Shown here: in pieces, positions 59,575 to 64,000 of the stretch
Layout: each line of letters begins with the position of its first letter
Numbering within the stretch: the first letter of the stretch is position 1
NCBI GenBank assembly: GCA_041736645.1
Contig: JBGSTF010000129.1
Coordinates: 49,466 to 113,465, forward strand
Direction of reading: 5' to 3'
DNA length: 64,000 nt
From: Oligoflexus sp.
GTDB lineage: Bacteria; Bdellovibrionota_B; Oligoflexia; Oligoflexales; Oligoflexaceae
The notes under the pieces: model-generated
The model's database searches: none
What the model saw: the letters and a program-made list of their open reading frames with translations, nothing else
What the model was told of the DNA's origin: nothing
Program-made: the position numbers and the translations under genes

Positions 59575-61212
59575 TTGAAGAAAAATGTGGTGATCGGAAT
59601 GCTAGGCATGAGTCTCGACAGCGGGTTTCGAGAGCGCCGAAGGCATGATTGGCGACCTACGGTGGCGTTGTTCAAACACGAGATGCCGATTGATCGGCTC
59701 GAGCTGCTGTATCAACCTATTCAACATGTTCCGCAACTGAAAGAGATTGTCAGCCAAGATATTCGAGAGATATCCCCACACACTGCACTGAAACTTCACT
59801 CGATTCGGTTTGAAGACCCCTGGGATTTTGAAGAGGTATACCTCAAGCTTTATGACTTTGCCAAAAGCTACTCTTGGAAGCCAGATGAGGAAGACTACTT
59901 CCTCCATATCACCACTGGCACTCATGTGATGCAGGTTTGCTATTTTGCTTTAACAGAAGCGAATATCATTCCCGCTAAACTGCTCCAAACTGGTGAGGAT
60001 CAATCTCTGAAACGCAGTGGGGCCCAAGATCGATCCAAGGGTGTGATGCAGGTCATTGATTTGAAGAGCGAACGCTACCAAAAAATCGCGACACGTTTCG
60101 CTGAACAAAAACAAGGCAATCAGGAACTTCTCAAGGCCGGAATTGCTACGCAGAATGCTCTGTACAATAGCCTCATCAGTGAGCTGGAAAAGATTGCTCA
60201 GCTCAGTGATGAACCCATACTCCTAAGCGGAGAAACCGGGGTTGGAAAAACCGAACTCGCTCGCCGGCTATTTGAAATTAAAAACAAAAGTAGACAGAAG
60301 ATGCCGCGATGGCAAGGAAAATTCATCGAAGTGAACTGCGCGACCTTGCGTGGTGACTTGGCTATGTCAACACTTTTTGGCCATAAAAAAGGCGCTTTTA
60401 CAGGGGCACAGTACGATCGTATTGGACTTCTCAAAGAAGCCGATGGCGGGCTGCTTTTTCTCGATGAAATAGGCGAATTGGGTGCCGATGAGCAGGCTAT
60501 CCTCTTGAGAGCTATTGAGGACAAAATTTTTCGACCGCTCGGGGCTGAGAAGAATGTCGCCAGCGACTTTATCCTGGTGGCGGGAACCAACAGAAATCTT
60601 CGCGAGGATGTGAAACAGGGGCGCTTCCGCGAAGACCTATTAGCCCGTATTGATGTTTGGGAATTTCATCTGCCAAGCCTACGCGAACGGATTGAGGACT
60701 TGGAACCAAATATTAGCTTTGAATTGGATCGACTGTCCAAAGAACGCTCCAAGCAAGTTCGATTTTCGAGCGAAGCTCTTCAGGCCTATTTAATTTTTGC
60801 TCGAACGGGAGTTTGGTCGGGAAATTTCCGAGATCTCAGAGCCTCGATCAGCCGAATGTCCACCTTTGGAATCGTCAGCGGACTCATTGATACTAAGATC
60901 GTTGATCAAGAAATTCAAAGGCTAAAAAAGAAATGGCAGGCTTCAGAAAGGACCAATCAAGAGTCACTTGGCACTTATCCTTTGGAAGAATACTGTCAAA
61001 ATGCCAAAATCCTGAAAGCCATGACCCTGTTTGAACGTAGCGAGATGCAATTGATTTTAGCGACTATGGCTCGCTGTCGAAATCTCAAAGAGGCAGCTGA
61101 AACTTTGTTTGAAGGAAAAGCCAACCCTACCGATAGCCTGCGCAAAAAACTGCTTCGGTATTCCATCGATCCAGCAGCAGCCAAAATTAGACTCCACTCT
61201 AACAAAATATAA
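59575..61212 (+). CDS. rtcR: sigma-54-dependent transcriptional regulator RtcR (N-terminal CARF domain plus AAA+ activator)
   Basis: The N-terminus aligns to E. coli RtcR. The AAA+ domain has GETGVGKT and GAFTGA. The TTG start has an AAAGGAAG RBS. Confidence 0.85.
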   Translation: MKKNVVIGMLGMSLDSGFRERRRHDWRPTVALFKHEMPIDRLELLYQPIQHVPQLKEIVSQDIREISPHTALKLHSIRFEDPWDFEEVYLKLYDFAKSYSWKPDEEDYFLHITTGTHVMQVCYFALTEANIIPAKLLQTGEDQSLKRSGAQDRSKGVMQVIDLKSERYQKIATRFAEQKQGNQELLKAGIATQNALYNSLISELEKIAQLSDEPILLSGETGVGKTELARRLFEIKNKSRQKMPRWQGKFIEVNCATLRGDLAMSTLFGHKKGAFTGAQYDRIGLLKEADGGLLFLDEIGELGADEQAILLRAIEDKIFRPLGAEKNVASDFILVAGTNRNLREDVKQGRFREDLLARIDVWEFHLPSLRERIEDLEPNISFELDRLSKERSKQVRFSSEALQAYLIFARTGVWSGNFRDLRASISRMSTFGIVSGLIDTKIVDQEIQRLKKKWQASERTNQESLGTYPLEEYCQNAKILKAMTLFERSEMQLILATMARCRNLKEAAETLFEGKANPTDSLRKKLLRYSIDPAAAKIRLHSNKI

Positions 61213-61594
61213 TATACTCTATAAAATGCGACTGCCTGTTCGAACATCTATAATAATATTAGTATGTTAATACTTGGTACAGAGCCTGCATTTCAACTGG
61301 CAGTCAGACCACGAGGATCTTATTCCTCGGACACAAGGTGGCCTTAAGGATTTTAATCGGATCATCTTGTCTGTAAAAAAATCTGACTCCAATGGTTTAC
61401 GACGTTCGAATCGTCGACGAGCTTTTTCGCTCTATTTTGCTGGAATGGAAAAGAATAAGCAGTTAACGGAAACTCTGCAGTCTCGGGATACCGTGTGAGG
61501 ACCGAACGCCCTAGATCCACGCACTTAACGAAGACTCCGTAACCGAGCGCTTCTTGTTCTTACCTTCCCCCTTACACCCGAAAGGAAGAAGTCA

Positions 61595-62710
61595 ATGTTA
61601 GTAAAACTCACTGTGAATCCTAATCAGGATGTCTTTGTTTTTAAGAATGAAAAATTTGTACAGGTCTTAAAGAATGGTCGCTATCGCTTCTTTGCAGTCG
61701 GCGATGCTTTGCGATTCTCTGTCATCGATAAAGCCTATCCACTGGTTGAAGGCTTTGAAGCAGAGCAGCTGCAAAGTAATAGCAAAGTAGGTCCTGCCCT
61801 TAAGGTTCTTGTTGTAGCTGAACAGGAAAGAGCTTCAGTCCGCGTCGATGGAATTCTCAAGACTCTATTAGGAAGCGGTCGCTACTTCTATTACGATCCT
61901 GAAAATCGCTTAGAGTGTAAGATTTACAGTATCGCTGAACCTTCGATAGATGAAGCCTTAGCCTTGGCTCTATCGACTCTCCCAAGCGCCACTAACTTTA
62001 TTCAATTTGTGAATATCGAAGACGGCCTGCGCGGTATTCTCTATTACAACAATCGTCATATCAGGATCCTTAGTCCTGGACAGTATTATTTTTGGAAGTC
62101 GACGCTCGCCGTTTCAGCGAAGAAAGTCGATATTAGAAGTCAGTCTTTAGAGATTCAAGGACAGGAATTGATGACGAAGGATAAAGTGACTCTGCGGGTA
62201 AACCTTTCCGTTCGTTATCGAGTGGTAGATGTCATGATAGCGTTAGAGAGTCTCAAGGACTTTGCGGATAGCTTTTACCGTGTGATTCAGATGGCTCTTC
62301 GAGAAGCCATTTCCAGCAAGACTTTGGACGAACTTTTGACCTTCAAAACACAGATTTCTGCAGACATTGCCAACGAAGTAAGGCAGCAATGTACTGAATT
62401 GGGGATGGTGCTCGAGGATTCAGGAATTCGTGACATCATTCTGCCAGGAGAGATGAAAACCATCTTAAACCAAGTCATCGAAGCTGAAAAGCGATCTCAA
62501 GCGAATATGATTCAACGGCGAGAAGAAACTGCCGCAACTCGAAGTCTATTGAATACTGCGAAGCTGCTCGAGGACAATCCCATCCTTTTACGGCTTAAAG
62601 AGCTTGAAGCAAGTGAACGGATAGCCGAAAAAGTAGGCTCTTTGAGCATCACAGGTGGGTTTGAACAGCTCTTCAAAGCTATCCAGGCCGCACCTGTATT
62701 GAGATCCTAG
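61595..62710 (+). CDS. SPFH/band-7 domain protein with a ~190-aa N-terminal extension and no TM segment
   Basis: The C-terminal half has an SPFH-like pattern (KDKVTLRVNLSVRYRV..IQMALREAI) and a coiled coil. Confidence 0.6.
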   Translation: MLVKLTVNPNQDVFVFKNEKFVQVLKNGRYRFFAVGDALRFSVIDKAYPLVEGFEAEQLQSNSKVGPALKVLVVAEQERASVRVDGILKTLLGSGRYFYYDPENRLECKIYSIAEPSIDEALALALSTLPSATNFIQFVNIEDGLRGILYYNNRHIRILSPGQYYFWKSTLAVSAKKVDIRSQSLEIQGQELMTKDKVTLRVNLSVRYRVVDVMIALESLKDFADSFYRVIQMALREAISSKTLDELLTFKTQISADIANEVRQQCTELGMVLEDSGIRDIILPGEMKTILNQVIEAEKRSQANMIQRREETAATRSLLNTAKLLEDNPILLRLKELEASERIAEKVGSLSITGGFEQLFKAIQAAPVLRS

Positions 62711-62763
62711 GATGTCGCAAGGTTGGGCTACTCGGCGTGCAATCGCTGGGTCGATCGCAAACC

Positions 62764-63600
62764 CTAAGGCAATAACTTCAGTTCGTCTAAAATTGCGAAT
62801 GCCCGACTGTCTTCTGTTTTCTTGAGGACATTCTCTTTGCTTTGCCCCGTTGGGGTAAAGCTAAGAGTAGAATTTGTTGCATTCCAAATAAATTTGCCTG
62901 AGAGGAGTTTGCCTCCCTTGCTATTGCCTGTAATGGATCGATTTTCAGTAGTGAATGAGCCATCTGAATAGTCTTCTCTTACTGATTGGACGCAGACCTT
63001 GTCATTTATTTCATAGATAACTTCAGTTTGCCAATTGCTGAACCGACAAAAGTGAAGTTTGTTGAGTATAGCCGTTTCTTTTGCACTTATAGATTTGACT
63101 ACAGTGCTGGTCGACAAACAGTCATCAGATCCTGCGCTTTTACTGCAAAGAAAAACAAAGCTGCGCTCATCGAGGTTCGAGAGATTTTGAGTGTTGGATT
63201 GCTGGCAACTGGCATTCAAAAACAGAGCAATTGAAATACCGAAACTATTGCCATCAATTTTCAAAAAAACGTTGGCCGCATATTTTGTATTTGGGGGAAT
63301 ATCGGCAAGTTGCATGAGTCCCGGACTATTGACCAGTGAAAGGTTTATCGATGTGTTCTTGTCCTCACAGCCCAGAACATAGACACCATTAGCTTCCGGT
63401 GGGAGCGAAGCCACACCCAAAGCTGTTAGCGATTCTTTTCTTGCCAATGGAATAGTGACGGATGGCAAATCATTCGTCACATTTGTCGATAATAGTCGCC
63501 GACCTCCCTGAATGGGTTTGGATGTATCTGTGGTTTTGCATGCACACAAGACTGCGAGAGCAACGAGACCGACTTGGATGTGCAATGTTGGAATATTCAT
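62764..63600 (-). CDS. hypothetical lipoprotein
   Basis: A lipobox (LAVLCAC) is present. Confidence 0.5.
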   Translation of the reverse strand: MNIPTLHIQVGLVALAVLCACKTTDTSKPIQGGRRLLSTNVTNDLPSVTIPLARKESLTALGVASLPPEANGVYVLGCEDKNTSINLSLVNSPGLMQLADIPPNTKYAANVFLKIDGNSFGISIALFLNASCQQSNTQNLSNLDERSFVFLCSKSAGSDDCLSTSTVVKSISAKETAILNKLHFCRFSNWQTEVIYEINDKVCVQSVREDYSDGSFTTENRSITGNSKGGKLLSGKFIWNATNSTLSFTPTGQSKENVLKKTEDSRAFAILDELKLLP

Positions 63601-63829
63601 ACTATCCTCGGCAATTAGACATTTCAGCTATGATACCATACTCAAACAACAGCACCTAGATACCGCTTTGGTCATTTGCAAAACTCCCGCCGCCGAGAGC
63701 GAGTTTTCTAGCTAATGTACCGGCCAAGTGCGGAGTTTTTGGGCATTTCTAGTCATAAAACCGTCCTCGCCTTATTGAATAGCATCCTGCTTTACATTAC
63801 GATGGCCGTTCTTCATAATGGAGCACACC

Positions 63830-64000
63830 ATGGACCCTATTCAATTTAATAAAAAAGCCTGGGATCATCAGGTCGCGGTTAGCAATCCTTGGACCATACC
63901 AGTATCTGTTGAAGAGGTTGCCCGTGCCCGCCTTGGCGATGTTCGTATGGTTCTGACGCCACAGAAACCCGTTCCCGAGGACTGGTATCCGGCGTGGCAA
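63830..64000 (+). CDS. partial CDS, truncated at the window end. It is the N-terminus of a probable SAM-dependent methyltransferase.
   Basis: The ATG has a GGAG RBS. MDPIQFNKKAWDHQV.. runs to the window edge. Confidence 0.45.
   Translation, partial: MDPIQFNKKAWDHQVAVSNPWTIPVSVEEVARARLGDVRMVLTPQKPVPEDWYPAWQ

Noticed and set aside
61400-61416. possible tRNA gene at the TTCGAAT hairpin
   Set aside because: No complementary acceptor stem or D-arm could be found upstream, so only a T-arm-like module is present.
1-64000. CRISPR arrays, integrases, transposases and prophage genes
   Set aside because: No spaced direct repeats or mobile-element motifs were seen.
63797-64000. minus-strand 67-aa ORF
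   Set aside because: The plus-strand partial methyltransferase, with a GGAG RBS, occupies the same interval.

Overview
This is a ~50% GC bacterial chromosomal window, densely coding, with no rRNA or tRNA genes, no CRISPR array, and no integrase, transposase or phage genes visible. The many lipobox signal peptides, the beta-barrel protein ending in Phe, and the presence of AlkB, CmoA and CmoB point to a Gram-negative organism. A Bdellovibrio-like source is a guess only. Housekeeping genes are serS, dusB, ddl, cmoA and cmoB, a folB-like gene, an rsmB-family methyltransferase, addA and addB, an rtcB-rtcR pair, an acyl-CoA ligase and a Zn alcohol dehydrogenase. About a third of the coding capacity is signal transduction. 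It includes a PAS hybrid kinase translationally coupled to a BLUF blue-light photoreceptor. Three paralogous CheA-like kinases carry an HPt domain and a kinase ATPase but lack a HisKA/DHp H-box dimerisation domain and a CheW domain. A second hybrid kinase sits upstream of a large metallo-beta-lactamase-fold (MBL) protein. A divergent cluster holds four receiver-domain proteins, several with non-canonical phosphoacceptor sites. The most worthwhile leads are:
- Each HPt kinase is paired with a membrane di-iron lipid enzyme: a TetR-controlled AlkB-family hydroxylase and a fatty-acid hydroxylase-family enzyme.
- A sigma-54 promoter precedes rtcB, and a tRNA-like T-arm hairpin lies in a 380-nt gap after rtcR.
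- A 43-aa His-rich membrane peptide, absent from the ORF track, has its own promoter.
- A low-GC islet encodes a Cys-rich lipoprotein.
- Several perfect palindromes and intrinsic terminators sit in unexpected places.
All family assignments are by eye from motifs. No database searches were possible.
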